64,000 nucleotides of DNA from an uncultured Bacteroidaceae bacterium (GTDB lineage Bacteria > Bacillota > Clostridia > Christensenellales > CAG-917). Below the pieces are notes generated by a model. That model was not told where the DNA came from. It made no database searches and saw only the letters and a program-made list of their open reading frames with translations. Positions 32,763 to 41,485 of this stretch are shown here, piece by piece. The position numbers and the translations under genes were made by a program. The stretch covers positions 16,665 through 80,664 of the forward strand of contig CAZWUI010000002.1 in assembly GCA_964637515.1 (NCBI GenBank), in the 5' to 3' direction. How positions within the stretch are numbered: position 1 is the first letter of the stretch; the number at the start of each line of letters is the position of its first letter.

Positions 32763-33605
32763 ATGTTTGGTGGACTTATTGACGGTATCGTCGCAAGAGC
32801 AATACACGAAAATGCGAAAGAAAGCGAAATCACCGAAGTGCGGTTGCGTGTCGGTCGTCCGCTCGTTTTTTCAACGGCGGAAGGGAAGAAATATGCACTT
32901 TTGCCTTGCGGGCAACCTTATATCGTCACGAAAACCGACGTGGAAAGGCTTGTCGGACTTGCTTCGGATTTTTCCTTTTATGCGGTGAACGATGAACTCG
33001 TCAAGGGTTATCTTGTGAAATCGGGAGTGCGTATCGGCGTCGCAGGGGAAGGTGTTGTTGACGGCGGTCGGCTCATCACGATAAAAAATCCGTCTTATGC
33101 GGTTATGCGCATTCCGCACGAGATAAAGGGGTGCGCGGACGGTGTTATGGCTAAAATCGAAAATGCAAACGTACTCGTCGTATCTCCGCCCGGCGGGGGC
33201 AAGACTACGCTTCTTCGGGATATGGCAAGGCAGACGTCGAAAAAATACAACACGCTCATCATCGACGAGCGTTATGAAATCGCATCCGTGGACGGCAAGG
33301 GACTCCCTACTCTCGACGTAGGAGATAGTGAAGTGGTGAGTGGAATATCCAAGTGCATTGCCTACGAAAACTGCATCCGCGCGATGTCCCCTGAAATCAT
33401 TGTTACGGACGAGATTTTCAGCCATAGGGAAGTGGAGTCCGTCGGGGATATTGTCAGGAGCGGAGTCAGGGTGTTTGCATCTGTGCACGGACGGTCTTTC
33501 GAGCAAATCTCGTCGTCGAGCTTGTTTTCGTCCTTGGCGAAGTGTTTTGACGTCGCGATAACCTTGGAGCCTACAGGAAAAATCGTAGAGGTCGTTAATG
33601 TATGA
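32763..33605 (+). CDS. spoIIIAA: Stage III sporulation protein AA (ATPase)
   Basis: EVRLRVGRPL and Walker A SPPGGGKTTLLRD. It is the first gene of an eight-gene spoIIIA-type operon. The start was moved to ATG 32763. Confidence 0.88.
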   Translation: MFGGLIDGIVARAIHENAKESEITEVRLRVGRPLVFSTAEGKKYALLPCGQPYIVTKTDVERLVGLASDFSFYAVNDELVKGYLVKSGVRIGVAGEGVVDGGRLITIKNPSYAVMRIPHEIKGCADGVMAKIENANVLVVSPPGGGKTTLLRDMARQTSKKYNTLIIDERYEIASVDGKGLPTLDVGDSEVVSGISKCIAYENCIRAMSPEIIVTDEIFSHREVESVGDIVRSGVRVFASVHGRSFEQISSSSLFSSLAKCFDVAITLEPTGKIVEVVNV

Positions 33606-34089
33606 CGGGTTGAAACTGATAGGCGGTGGACTGCTCGCACTTGTGTCGTCATATATCGGACTCCTCGTCAAAAGGCGGTATGCGGAGCGGGAAAAGTGCT
33701 ACGTAAGACTATGTGATTTCATCGCGTACGCAAGGGGTGAACTCACGTCGAAAATGACGACGGTGCCCGAAATTTGCCTTGCGTTTGCTGGGGAGAATAG
33801 GGACGAAGTTTCGGATATACTCCGCAACTTCGCGACGGGATTGCGACAGGGACGGAAAAATGAAATCCGTTCAACTCGATTGAAAGAGGACGAAATCAAG
33901 GAAATATCCGCATTTTTGAACGGACTCGGAGTTTCGTCACTCAGTGAGCAAATCTCATATATCGACGCACACTCGAAAACCTTTCAATCAAAATGCGAAA
34001 CATGCAAATCGGATAGTAAACGGCTTGGCAATATGTATTTCAAATTGTTCGTGCTACTCGGCGTAGCGCTCATGGTCGTCACGGCGTAA
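33598..34089 (+). CDS. spoIIIAB: Stage III sporulation protein AB
   Basis: 163 aa with N- and C-terminal TM segments and LNGLGVSSLSEQ (LG..d...q pattern). Operon position supports the call. Confidence 0.85.
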   Translation: MYDGLKLIGGGLLALVSSYIGLLVKRRYAEREKCYVRLCDFIAYARGELTSKMTTVPEICLAFAGENRDEVSDILRNFATGLRQGRKNEIRSTRLKEDEIKEISAFLNGLGVSSLSEQISYIDAHSKTFQSKCETCKSDSKRLGNMYFKLFVLLGVALMVVTA

Positions 34090-34098
34090 AGGAGTCAA

Positions 34099-34296
34099 AT
34101 GGAAATCGGTATCATTCTCAAAATCGCAGGAATAGGGTTGTTGACGGCGGTGGTCGCTATGATTTTGAAAAAGAGCGACCGCGACGATATTGCGACTTTC
34201 GCGACTCTTGCGGGACTTATCGTCGTGATTGCGCTCGTCATCGATATGGTGGGCGGACTCTTCGACACGATAAAAGACATTCTCTCCTTGAATTGA
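34099..34296 (+). CDS. spoIIIAC: Stage III sporulation protein AC
   Basis: 65-aa two-TM protein with ILKIAGIGLLTAVV...LAGLIVVIALV...LF. Confidence 0.88.
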   Translation: MEIGIILKIAGIGLLTAVVAMILKKSDRDDIATFATLAGLIVVIALVIDMVGGLFDTIKDILSLN

Positions 34297-34685
34297 TGAT
34301 TTTCAAACTGATCGGAATTGCACTGGTCGGCATAACAGTGGTTATGCTTTTGCGCACCGCGCGCCCTGAATTTGCGGTATTTGCGACGATTGCGACGGGT
34401 GTCGTTATGGTCGTATTCTTGCTCGGCACTCTGCGCGACGTCGTGCTTGCTTTCGACGATATTGTGAAGAAAAGCGGTGTGGACGACGGTGTTTTTTCCG
34501 CGGTGTTGAAAATCATAGGTGTGGGGTATTTGACGGAATATTCGTCGTCTATTGCAACCGATGCAGGTTGTCCGTCCATTGCAAGCAAGTTGCAATTTGG
34601 GGGAAAACTCACGATATTTGCGATGAGTGTGTCGATTTTGTCCGAGCTTATCAGTGTGACGACAGAACTTTTGAAAATCGTATGA
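34293..34685 (+). CDS. spoIIIAD: Stage III sporulation protein AD
   Basis: 130-aa polytopic protein with LKIIGVGYLTEY....A.DAG. Operon position supports the call. Confidence 0.88.
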   Translation: MMIFKLIGIALVGITVVMLLRTARPEFAVFATIATGVVMVVFLLGTLRDVVLAFDDIVKKSGVDDGVFSAVLKIIGVGYLTEYSSSIATDAGCPSIASKLQFGGKLTIFAMSVSILSELISVTTELLKIV

Positions 34686-35869
34686 AATTAAAATTTGCGT
34701 TGAGAATAGGCTTTTGCGTATCGGTGGTTTTGATTGTTGCGTGCTTTCTCGTGCCGAGCGAAGTTGCGTTTGCAGACAGTGGCGACGACGTCGAAAAGTC
34801 CCTTGGGGAAAACGTCGTCAAGAGCATAGACGATTTGAATCTCGACGACTTTCAATCTTTCGTGGATTCGCTTGGTTCGGACGGCTATTCCTTTTCAAAC
34901 GTGAAAGCACTCTTGAAACGCATTGCAAACGGGGAGAGTGAAAACTTTTTCGCAGAGTTTTCGTCCGCACTGTCAAAGGATGTCGGGAAATATTTTCTCG
35001 GTTTTTTGCCTTCCGTATTGTCCGTCGTGTTGGTTTGCCTGTTGAAAAGTACGCTGTCGGGTATGACTTCTTCCTTTCTCGATAACTCGACGACTGAAGT
35101 CGTGCATGCGGTTTGTTATGCAACTGTCGTCGTGATAATCACGTCCTCCCTTGTGGACGTCGCAGGGACGGTCACGAAAACGGTGCGTGCGTTGACGACC
35201 TTTGCGGAAACCGCTTTTCCCGTGCTTCTAACTTTGCTTGCGGGGCTTGGCAGTAGCGTGAGCGTCGCGACCTATCAACCTATGATGGCGGTGCTCGGCG
35301 GTGGGGTTATGGAATTGATTTCAAAAGTCGTCGTGCCTGCATTCATTGCGTGCGAAGTTTTTTCGGTGGTCGGAAACCTATCGGGCAACGTGAAACTCAC
35401 AAAAATGAACAAACTGTTTCGCTCGTCGTCTACTTGGCTTGTCGGAATAGCATTCGGACTTTTCGGCACTTTTCTGACTGTTGGCGGAATTTCTGGGGGA
35501 GTCGCGGACAAACTCGGATATAACGTTGCGAAATTCGCACTGTCAAGTTACGTGCCTATTCTCGGCGGATACGTATCAGACGGATTCGATCTAGTTGCAT
35601 CGTCGTTGGTGCTGGTGAAAAGTGCATTTGGATATACAGCGGTGGCAGTGCTCGTCTGCGTGGTGCTTTTCCCCGTCGTCAAACTGGTTGCGTTTTTGCT
35701 ATCAATGCGACTCGCTTCCGCTATCGTCGAACCTATCGGGGACGCACGCATATCAAATATGCTATCCGCAGTTGCGGACAATACGTCCTTGCTCATAACC
35801 GCTCTCGTCGGATCGGCGTTTATGTTTTTCATATTGATTATGCTCGCAGTCGGTACGGTTGCGACGTAG
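34682..35869 (+). CDS. spoIIIAE: Stage III sporulation protein AE
   Basis: Signal peptide MKLKFALRIG...AFA followed by a polytopic membrane domain. ATG 34682 overlaps the spoIIIAD stop, and the ORF-track start 34568 lies inside spoIIIAD. Confidence 0.85.
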   Translation: MKLKFALRIGFCVSVVLIVACFLVPSEVAFADSGDDVEKSLGENVVKSIDDLNLDDFQSFVDSLGSDGYSFSNVKALLKRIANGESENFFAEFSSALSKDVGKYFLGFLPSVLSVVLVCLLKSTLSGMTSSFLDNSTTEVVHAVCYATVVVIITSSLVDVAGTVTKTVRALTTFAETAFPVLLTLLAGLGSSVSVATYQPMMAVLGGGVMELISKVVVPAFIACEVFSVVGNLSGNVKLTKMNKLFRSSSTWLVGIAFGLFGTFLTVGGISGGVADKLGYNVAKFALSSYVPILGGYVSDGFDLVASSLVLVKSAFGYTAVAVLVCVVLFPVVKLVAFLLSMRLASAIVEPIGDARISNMLSAVADNTSLLITALVGSAFMFFILIMLAVGTVAT

Positions 35870-35876
35870 GTGACGT

Positions 35877-36353
35877 ATGCAGAATTGGTTGTTGTCGATA
35901 GTAGGCGTTGTGTGCCTTGGATTACTTCTTGAAATCGTAATGCCCGACGGACAGACAACGAAGTACGTCAGGGGAGCGTTTTCGTTGCTCGTGATATTTG
36001 TCGTGGTGTCCCCGCTTCCGTCGTTTTTCAAGAACGGAGCAAAACTCGAACTCGGAGAGATAAGCGTGTATACGGACGAAAGTTATCTGTCGGAAGTTGA
36101 TGAAAGGATAGTGGCGGAAAAAGAAATCAAAATCGAAACCGCATTATCACAAAACGGCTACGATGCGGACGTGAAAATCACCGCTACAGGGCGGAATAAC
36201 ACTGATATTGTCGAAATCGTCGTCGAAATTCAAAAATCCGTTCTCACGGATGAAAACGTGAATAAACATATTGTGACGGTGCGTGAATTGACGAGCAAAA
36301 TCGCTCAGGTCGATGAAGACATTGTTTTGGTGGAGATAGATGGAAGTAGTTGA
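35877..36353 (+). CDS. spoIIIAF: Stage III sporulation protein AF
   Basis: Two N-terminal TM segments with LLEIVMPDGQTTKYVRGAFSLLVI (l.e.llP....kYvk pattern). Confidence 0.82.
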   Translation: MQNWLLSIVGVVCLGLLLEIVMPDGQTTKYVRGAFSLLVIFVVVSPLPSFFKNGAKLELGEISVYTDESYLSEVDERIVAEKEIKIETALSQNGYDADVKITATGRNNTDIVEIVVEIQKSVLTDENVNKHIVTVRELTSKIAQVDEDIVLVEIDGSS

Positions 36354-36747
36354 CGAGAGAAAAGATAGTTTTGTCAAGTCGTTGAAGGATTTGCCGGTGG
36401 TCAAAAAACTCGGCAAAATCAAAAATCTTCAACTTATTGTCGCCGTATTCATAATTGCGATCGCACTCGTCATATACTCTAATGTAGCGGATAAAAACCA
36501 ATCGGAAACAACTCCCGTATCATCCGTGATGACCGCGGAAGAAGAGAGATTGTCCGCTGTCCTTGAAAGCATCGACGGTGCGGGACGAGTGGAAGTTATG
36601 GTGTCGAGAAAAGGGGAGGACGTCGTAGGTATTCTTGTGATTGCGGAAGGTGCGGACGATATATCCGTACTCTTAAAACTACAACGCGCTACCGTGTCCG
36701 CTATGGGAGTGGATAAAAGCGTGGTCGAAATTTGCAAAATGAAATAA
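36340..36747 (+). CDS. spoIIIAG: Stage III sporulation protein AG
   Basis: Single TM, then RLSAVLESIDGAGRVEVMVS....GILVIAEGADD. Confidence 0.82.
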   Translation: MEVVDERKDSFVKSLKDLPVVKKLGKIKNLQLIVAVFIIAIALVIYSNVADKNQSETTPVSSVMTAEEERLSAVLESIDGAGRVEVMVSRKGEDVVGILVIAEGADDISVLLKLQRATVSAMGVDKSVVEICKMK

Positions 36748-36764
36748 ATTTTCGAGGAGGAGTT

Positions 36765-37256
36765 ATGAAAATAAAATCGAAAACCAAAAAAGCAATCGTA
36801 CTGTCAGTCATGGTAGTGCTGCTCATCGCGACGGGCGTGCTAAACTGGGCGCTCAACGAGCGACTTGACGGAGAACAGGCAAACGCAGACGGCGGTGTGA
36901 CCGTCACCGAAACTTTCTTCGCATCATATCGGAGCGACCGCGACGCAACTCGCGAATCTGAGTATCTCTATCTCGACGCGATAATCAAGTCCGAGGACGC
37001 AAGTGCGGAGAGCAAGGCGAGCGCAGAGCAGAAAAAACTCGATATCGTCACCAAAATGGAAACCGAACTTGCCCTTGAAACTCTCGTCAAGGCAAAAGGT
37101 TTCGACGACGCTATCGTCGCAATCGGTGAAGACGGCGTGAACGTAGTGGTCGGGGCGGAGGAGTTGACTCCCGAACAAGCGACTCAAATTCTTTGTATAG
37201 TAACCGACGAAACCGATTTCAAGGCAACCGACGTGAAGATCATTCCTTATAACTAG
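36765..37256 (+). CDS. spoIIIAH: Stage III sporulation protein AH
   Basis: N-terminal TM, FFASYRSDRDATR, ETLVKAKGFDDAIV, and RBS GGAGG before ATG 36765. Confidence 0.82.
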   Translation: MKIKSKTKKAIVLSVMVVLLIATGVLNWALNERLDGEQANADGGVTVTETFFASYRSDRDATRESEYLYLDAIIKSEDASAESKASAEQKKLDIVTKMETELALETLVKAKGFDDAIVAIGEDGVNVVVGAEELTPEQATQILCIVTDETDFKATDVKIIPYN

Positions 37257-37262
37257 AACGCA

Positions 37263-37291
37263 GGCGGGCAAGTAAATTGCCCGCCTTTTTT
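37263..37291 (+). terminator. rho-independent terminator after the spoIIIA operon
   Basis: 9-bp stem ggcgggcaa/ttgcccgcc followed by TTTTTT. Confidence 0.9.
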
Positions 37292-37338
37292 CTCGTCAAT
37301 ATCTTGCTAATAATTTTCGCTTATGCTATAATACGCAT

Positions 37339-37662
37339 ATGGCAAAGGATACGAACAAGAAAATGTCCGTGTTTTCGGACGTAATCACCTCTCTCGCATA
37401 CGACGCAGCGTCCGGCGTTGATGGTATTCAGGTGCTCGCAAAGGACGGGAAGAAATCTTTCCGCGGTTGCGGTGTGTCCGTCTACTTTCTCCCCAACGAC
37501 AGAGTTACGATAGATTTGTTCGTCAATATCCAATTCGGCTATCTCGTCCCCGTGACCGTCGCAACGGTGCAGGAGAAAGTGAAAGCGGAAGTGGAAAATT
37601 CCACCAAATACCAAGTCCATTCCGTCAACGTACAAGTGGTTGACGTCATCTATCCGCAATGA
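37339..37662 (+). CDS. Asp23/Gls24-family alkaline-shock protein
   Basis: 107 aa with VITSLAYDAASGVDGI and VNVQVVDV. It occupies the common position upstream of nusB. Confidence 0.85.
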   Translation: MAKDTNKKMSVFSDVITSLAYDAASGVDGIQVLAKDGKKSFRGCGVSVYFLPNDRVTIDLFVNIQFGYLVPVTVATVQEKVKAEVENSTKYQVHSVNVQVVDVIYPQ

Positions 37663-38048
37663 GAAAAGTAGCAAGAGAAACAGCGTTCAAACTTATATTC
37701 GAATACACCTTCATTTCCGAGAAAGACGAAGATGCACTTTCCCTTTTGGAATTTGCAGACGACCTCAGTGCAGACGACAAGGATTATATCCGTCGCGTAT
37801 ATCACGGAGTGACGGACAATTTCGACGGACTGAAAGAGAAGGTGTCGTCCTATCTTGAAAACTACCGCATCGAAAGATTGTATCGTCCCGACCTTGTCGC
37901 ACTTCTTCTTGCGACCTACGAGTTGGAAATCGAAGAAGCGCCCGCAAAAGTCATAATCAATGAAGCGGTAGACCTTGCGAAACGCTACGGCACCGACAAA
38001 TCGGGCAAATTCGTCAACGGAGTGCTTGCAAAAATGATAAAAGCCTAG
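37659..38048 (+). CDS. nusB: Transcription antitermination factor NusB
   Basis: RETAFKLIF, INEAVDLAKRYG.D.SGKFVNGVL. Confidence 0.93.
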   Translation: MRKVARETAFKLIFEYTFISEKDEDALSLLEFADDLSADDKDYIRRVYHGVTDNFDGLKEKVSSYLENYRIERLYRPDLVALLLATYELEIEEAPAKVIINEAVDLAKRYGTDKSGKFVNGVLAKMIKA

Positions 38049-38064
38049 ATTTAGGCTTTTTTTT
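38042..38064 (+). terminator. rho-independent terminator overlapping the nusB stop
   Basis: Stem agccta/taggct followed by TTTTTTTT. Confidence 0.7.
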
Positions 38065-38134
38065 GACCTTAAAAATCACAAAAAACCTCAAAAAATCGTT
38101 ATTAGTTGCAAAAAAGGAAGATTATCTGTCAAAA

Positions 38135-39340
38135 ATGGAACTTAAACCGTCGATTGTGCAAAATGCTATATCAGTAGGCGAGTTAAACGCCACGATTCAC
38201 GCATGTATGGATGCGCCCATTTTCCAAGGGCTTGAAGTTTTCGGCGAGATTTCCAACTATAAACTCAGCGGCCCTCACGCCTATTTCGTGTTGAAGGATA
38301 AGGACGCTCAAATTTCTTGCGTGAAGTTTTACGCTTCCCGTGATTATCAACCCAAGGACGGCGAAAGCGTCATCGTCAAAGGCAAACTCGACTACTACGT
38401 AAAGGGCGGTCGTCTTTCCATTCAAGTGACGTCAATCACTCCCGTCGGGCAAGGTCTATTGTTTTTGCAATTTGAAAAACTCAAAGCAAAACTCACCGCA
38501 GAAGGTCTTTTCGACGAAGCGCACAAAGTGCCTATCCCGAAATATGCGGACAACGTGCTTGTCGTCACGTCGAAAACCGGGGCGGTCATTCGCGATATAG
38601 TCACCACCATTCGTCGCAAAAATCCTAAACTCAATATCGTCATTCGCGACGTCAGAGTGCAGGGGGACGGCGCAGGTCGTGAAATCGCAAGCGTGCTTGC
38701 AAGGGTGGATAAACTAGGTTACGACGTCATCGTGCTTGCAAGGGGCGGTGGCTCTCTTGAAGATTTGGCTCCGTTTTACGACGAAGAACTCGTTCGCGCG
38801 ATTTACGCTATGAAGACTCCCATCGTTTCCGCAGTTGGACATGAAACTGACTTTTCGCTTGCGGATTTCGTCGCGGATATGCGCGCACCTACGCCTACCG
38901 CCGCAGGCGAACTCGTCGCATACGATTGGTATGAACTCGTTCGCCGTGTGCGTGAAGATGCGTCAAGACTCGGTTTTCTCGTGCAAAAACAATTCGACAG
39001 AAAGACTATGCGTGCTCGTCTTGCGGTCACGAAACTTGCGCATTCTGCCGAAACGTTCTACACTCTCAACGCAAACCGTGTAAAAACTCTCGTCACAAGA
39101 CTCGGCGCACTTGCGGAAAATAAGATCGCAAAATCAGAATTTAGACTTGAAAAGGCAATGACCGCTCTCGATAATTTGAGTCCGCTCAAAACCCTTAAAC
39201 GCGGTTACTTCGCAGTGGAAAAGGACGGCGGTTACGTCACCGCTCTTTCCGCAGTCGAAATCGGTGATAAAATCAAAATCAGAAGTGCGGACGGATCCGC
39301 TCTCGCTGAAATCCTTTCTATCAATAAGGAGAAATTATGA
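38135..39340 (+). CDS. xseA: Exodeoxyribonuclease VII large subunit
   Basis: N-terminal OB (SVGELNATIH...GEISNYK..SGHAYF-like) and ARGGGSLEDL. The start was moved to ATG 38135 (MELKPS...). Confidence 0.92.
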   Translation: MELKPSIVQNAISVGELNATIHACMDAPIFQGLEVFGEISNYKLSGPHAYFVLKDKDAQISCVKFYASRDYQPKDGESVIVKGKLDYYVKGGRLSIQVTSITPVGQGLLFLQFEKLKAKLTAEGLFDEAHKVPIPKYADNVLVVTSKTGAVIRDIVTTIRRKNPKLNIVIRDVRVQGDGAGREIASVLARVDKLGYDVIVLARGGGSLEDLAPFYDEELVRAIYAMKTPIVSAVGHETDFSLADFVADMRAPTPTAAGELVAYDWYELVRRVREDASRLGFLVQKQFDRKTMRARLAVTKLAHSAETFYTLNANRVKTLVTRLGALAENKIAKSEFRLEKAMTALDNLSPLKTLKRGYFAVEKDGGYVTALSAVEIGDKIKIRSADGSALAEILSINKEKL

Positions 39341-39558
39341 ACGAAGAAATGAAAAAATTTGAACAGGCTCTCGCAGAACTTGAACTGCTTGTCAAAAAAC
39401 TCGAAAACGACGTCCCCGTCGACGAGGCTACTAAGGCGTTTGAAGAGGGGATCAAACTCTCCAAGGTTTGCATGGACGACTTGAACGGTGAAAAGGGTAA
39501 ACTCGAAATCCTTATGGACGACCTGAACAAACTCACCGAAGAAATCAAAATCGACTAA
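39337..39558 (+). CDS. xseB: Exodeoxyribonuclease VII small subunit
   Basis: 73-aa helical protein with FEQALAELE and FEEGIKLSK.C. It overlaps the xseA stop. Confidence 0.92.
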   Translation: MNEEMKKFEQALAELELLVKKLENDVPVDEATKAFEEGIKLSKVCMDDLNGEKGKLEILMDDLNKLTEEIKID

Positions 39559-40394
39559 TGGATTTGCAAGGGTTTATCGAAAAAGTCGCCGACACTCTGC
39601 GTAGAATTTTGACTGTTGACTACGCCGAAACGCAAATCGAAGAAATGCGTGTGAAAAATCCGCTTTCCGACGGGCTTTACTATGCGGTCGGGGACGGCGG
39701 AAAGAGAATACGTCCGTCTGCGGTTTATCTCGGTGCGCTTGCATCGGGTAGGGAGTTTTCCGACGAAGAGGAAGAAAAACTCGTGCGTATCGCTTGTGCG
39801 GTCGAACTCATCCACTCATATTCTCTCGTGCACGACGACTTGCCCGCTATGGACGATGATACTGTCCGTCGCGGTAAACCTGCGGTGCACGTCAAGTACG
39901 GGGAAGGAAACGGAATACTCATAGGCGATGAATTGCTGACTCTGTCTTCTCTCGTTATGCTCGAAGAAAAAAATCCGAACAGCGACTATGCGTGTGCGTG
40001 TCGCACGCTCGTGAAAGCCGCATCCGATATGGCGATAGGACAGACGTATGACCTTGACGAAAACGACGACGACTTTTTGAGAACTTACGCTCTCAAAACG
40101 TCCGCATTGTTGTCCGCATCGTTCAAGGCGGGTGCAATCATCACATGCGGTGAAAATTCCGCCGAAGCAAACGCTATGGGTGAATACGGTTTCCACGTGG
40201 GACAGGCATTTCAAATAGCCGACGACCTGCTCGAAAACCATGAAGAGCGTTCGTACGTGAGTGCGGTGGGCAGAGAAGTCGGATTCGCCACTCTCAACGA
40301 TGAAACTGAGAAAGCAATCCAATCCGTCCGTGGTTTGTGTAGTGCCGACACCCTTGAAAAATTTGCAAACGAATTGAAAAACAGAAAAAGATAA
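39558..40394 (+). CDS. ispA: Polyprenyl (farnesyl/geranylgeranyl) diphosphate synthase
   Basis: First Asp-rich motif LVHDDLPAMDDDTVRRGKP and second Asp-rich motif FQIADDLLE. It follows xseAB, as in many Firmicutes. Confidence 0.9.
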   Translation: MDLQGFIEKVADTLRRILTVDYAETQIEEMRVKNPLSDGLYYAVGDGGKRIRPSAVYLGALASGREFSDEEEEKLVRIACAVELIHSYSLVHDDLPAMDDDTVRRGKPAVHVKYGEGNGILIGDELLTLSSLVMLEEKNPNSDYACACRTLVKAASDMAIGQTYDLDENDDDFLRTYALKTSALLSASFKAGAIITCGENSAEANAMGEYGFHVGQAFQIADDLLENHEERSYVSAVGREVGFATLNDETEKAIQSVRGLCSADTLEKFANELKNRKR

Positions 40395-40450
40395 AAAATC
40401 TGTTGCAAAATTTGCTTTTGTTTGATATAGTATTAAAGCGCACTTGTCGT

Positions 40451-40525
40451 GCGGGAGTGACTCAGTGGTAGAGTGTCACCTTGCCAAGGTGAAAGTCGCG
40501 GGTCCGAATCCCGTCTCCCGCTCCA
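40451..40525 (+). tRNA. tRNA-Gly (anticodon GCC)
   Basis: Cloverleaf drawn by hand: acceptor gcgggag/ctcccgc, anticodon stem tcacc/ggtga with loop ttGCCaa, T-arm gcggg-tccgaat-cccgt, and an encoded CCA. Confidence 0.95.
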
Positions 40526-40655
40526 TAGGTAGCATGAAACAATAAATTCGTCCGATGTGAAATGAATTTCGATAGAAACTCATCGTACGGGATTTGCTTC
40601 ACAAACGGATTGAATGAATTGTGTCTCGCTCCAAGTCGCAAAAGTGCGTACAAAC

Positions 40656-40729
40656 GGCACCATAGCCAAGTGGTAAGGCAAGGGTCTGCAAAATCCTCAC
40701 CCCCAGTTCAAGTCTGGGTGGTGCCTCCA
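40656..40729 (+). tRNA. tRNA-Cys (anticodon GCA)
   Basis: Acceptor ggcacca/tggtgcc, anticodon stem agggt/atcct with loop ctGCAaa, T-arm cccag-ttcaagt-ctggg, and an encoded CCA. Confidence 0.95.
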
Positions 40730-40761
40730 AAAAATCCTGCATATAAAGTGCAGGATTTTTT
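40730..40761 (+). terminator. rho-independent terminator after tRNA-Cys
   Basis: 8-bp stem atcctgca/tgcaggat with a 7-nt loop, followed by TTTTTT. Confidence 0.85.
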
Positions 40762-41099
40762 ACTTTTTCATTTCCTCTTCCTTCTTACCTCACCCGATTT
40801 TCGTATTGTGCAGGATTTTTGGGAAGTAATAGGGGAAAGGTAAGAGCCAATAGGCAGTTGATGCTTGAGGTAATGGGTAATAGGGGAAAGGGACGAGGTG
40901 TGGATAAAAGTTGAAGTTTGTTTGTTACGTGTAGGAATAGTAATTGCAATGCGGGGTGATGAGCGGTATAATCGATGCAGAATAAAAGAGTGGAAGGAAG
41001 ATTTATGGCGGATAATACTGCAAAAAGCAAAATTAATCAATAGACACCGTAGAATGCCTTTTGGCATTTTGTGATAATTGTCAAATTTGGTTCTAAATC

Positions 41100-41128
41100 T
41101 TGACAATGAAATGCGATTGTGCTAATTT
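41100..41128 (+). promoter_or_regulatory. Candidate sigma-A-type promoter for tRNA-Leu
   Basis: TTGACA (41100-41105), 17 nt, then TGcTAATTT (extended -10, hexamer at 41123-41128), about 25 nt before the tRNA 5' end. Confidence 0.6.
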
Positions 41129-41152
41129 ATTTTGCGAACTAATCATCTAATT

Positions 41153-41239
41153 GCCGGAATGGCGGAATAGGCAGACGCAAGGGACTTAAAATCCCTCGAT
41201 AGCAATATCGTATCGGTTCGACCCCGATTTTCGGCACCA
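41153..41239 (+). tRNA. tRNA-Leu (anticodon TAA), class II with long variable arm
   Basis: Acceptor gccggaa/tttcggc (one G.U), anticodon stem aggga/tccct with loop ctTAAaa, variable arm cgatagcaatatcg, T-arm atcgg-ttcgacc-ccgat, and an encoded CCA. Confidence 0.93.
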
Positions 41240-41240
41240 C

Positions 41241-41270
41241 GAAAACACCTGTATGGGTGTTTTCTTTTTT
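41241..41270 (+). terminator. rho-independent terminator after tRNA-Leu
   Basis: Stem gaaaacacc/gggtgttttc followed by TTTTTT. Confidence 0.85.
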
Positions 41271-41401
41271 ACAACCGGGCGGAGTTGATAATTGTTAAAT
41301 GACATTCGCTATTGACGAGTCGTTTATCACGGCGAAAAGCGAGAAACTGTCGCTAACGATACACGTGTTTAGAAAAATCGGGGGGCAATTTTAGATTTCT
41401 G

Positions 41402-41430
41402 TTGCAAAGCGCAGCGGATTATGCTAAACT
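41402..41430 (+). promoter_or_regulatory. Candidate promoter of the accessory cluster's first gene
   Basis: TTGCAA (41402-41407), 17 nt, then TGcTAAACT (hexamer at 41425-41430). The palindrome GTGTATA-N5-TATACAC (41441-41459) follows. Confidence 0.5.
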
Positions 41431-41485
41431 TACTATATACGTGTATAGCGCATATACACATACGCGCGTTGCGCAGTGGAGGATT

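Noticed and set aside
40562-41106. ORFs of 93, 112 and 81 aa spanning tRNA-Cys and the tRNA spacer.
   Set aside because: They overlap a well-supported tRNA gene and its terminator, have low-complexity composition, and lack an RBS.
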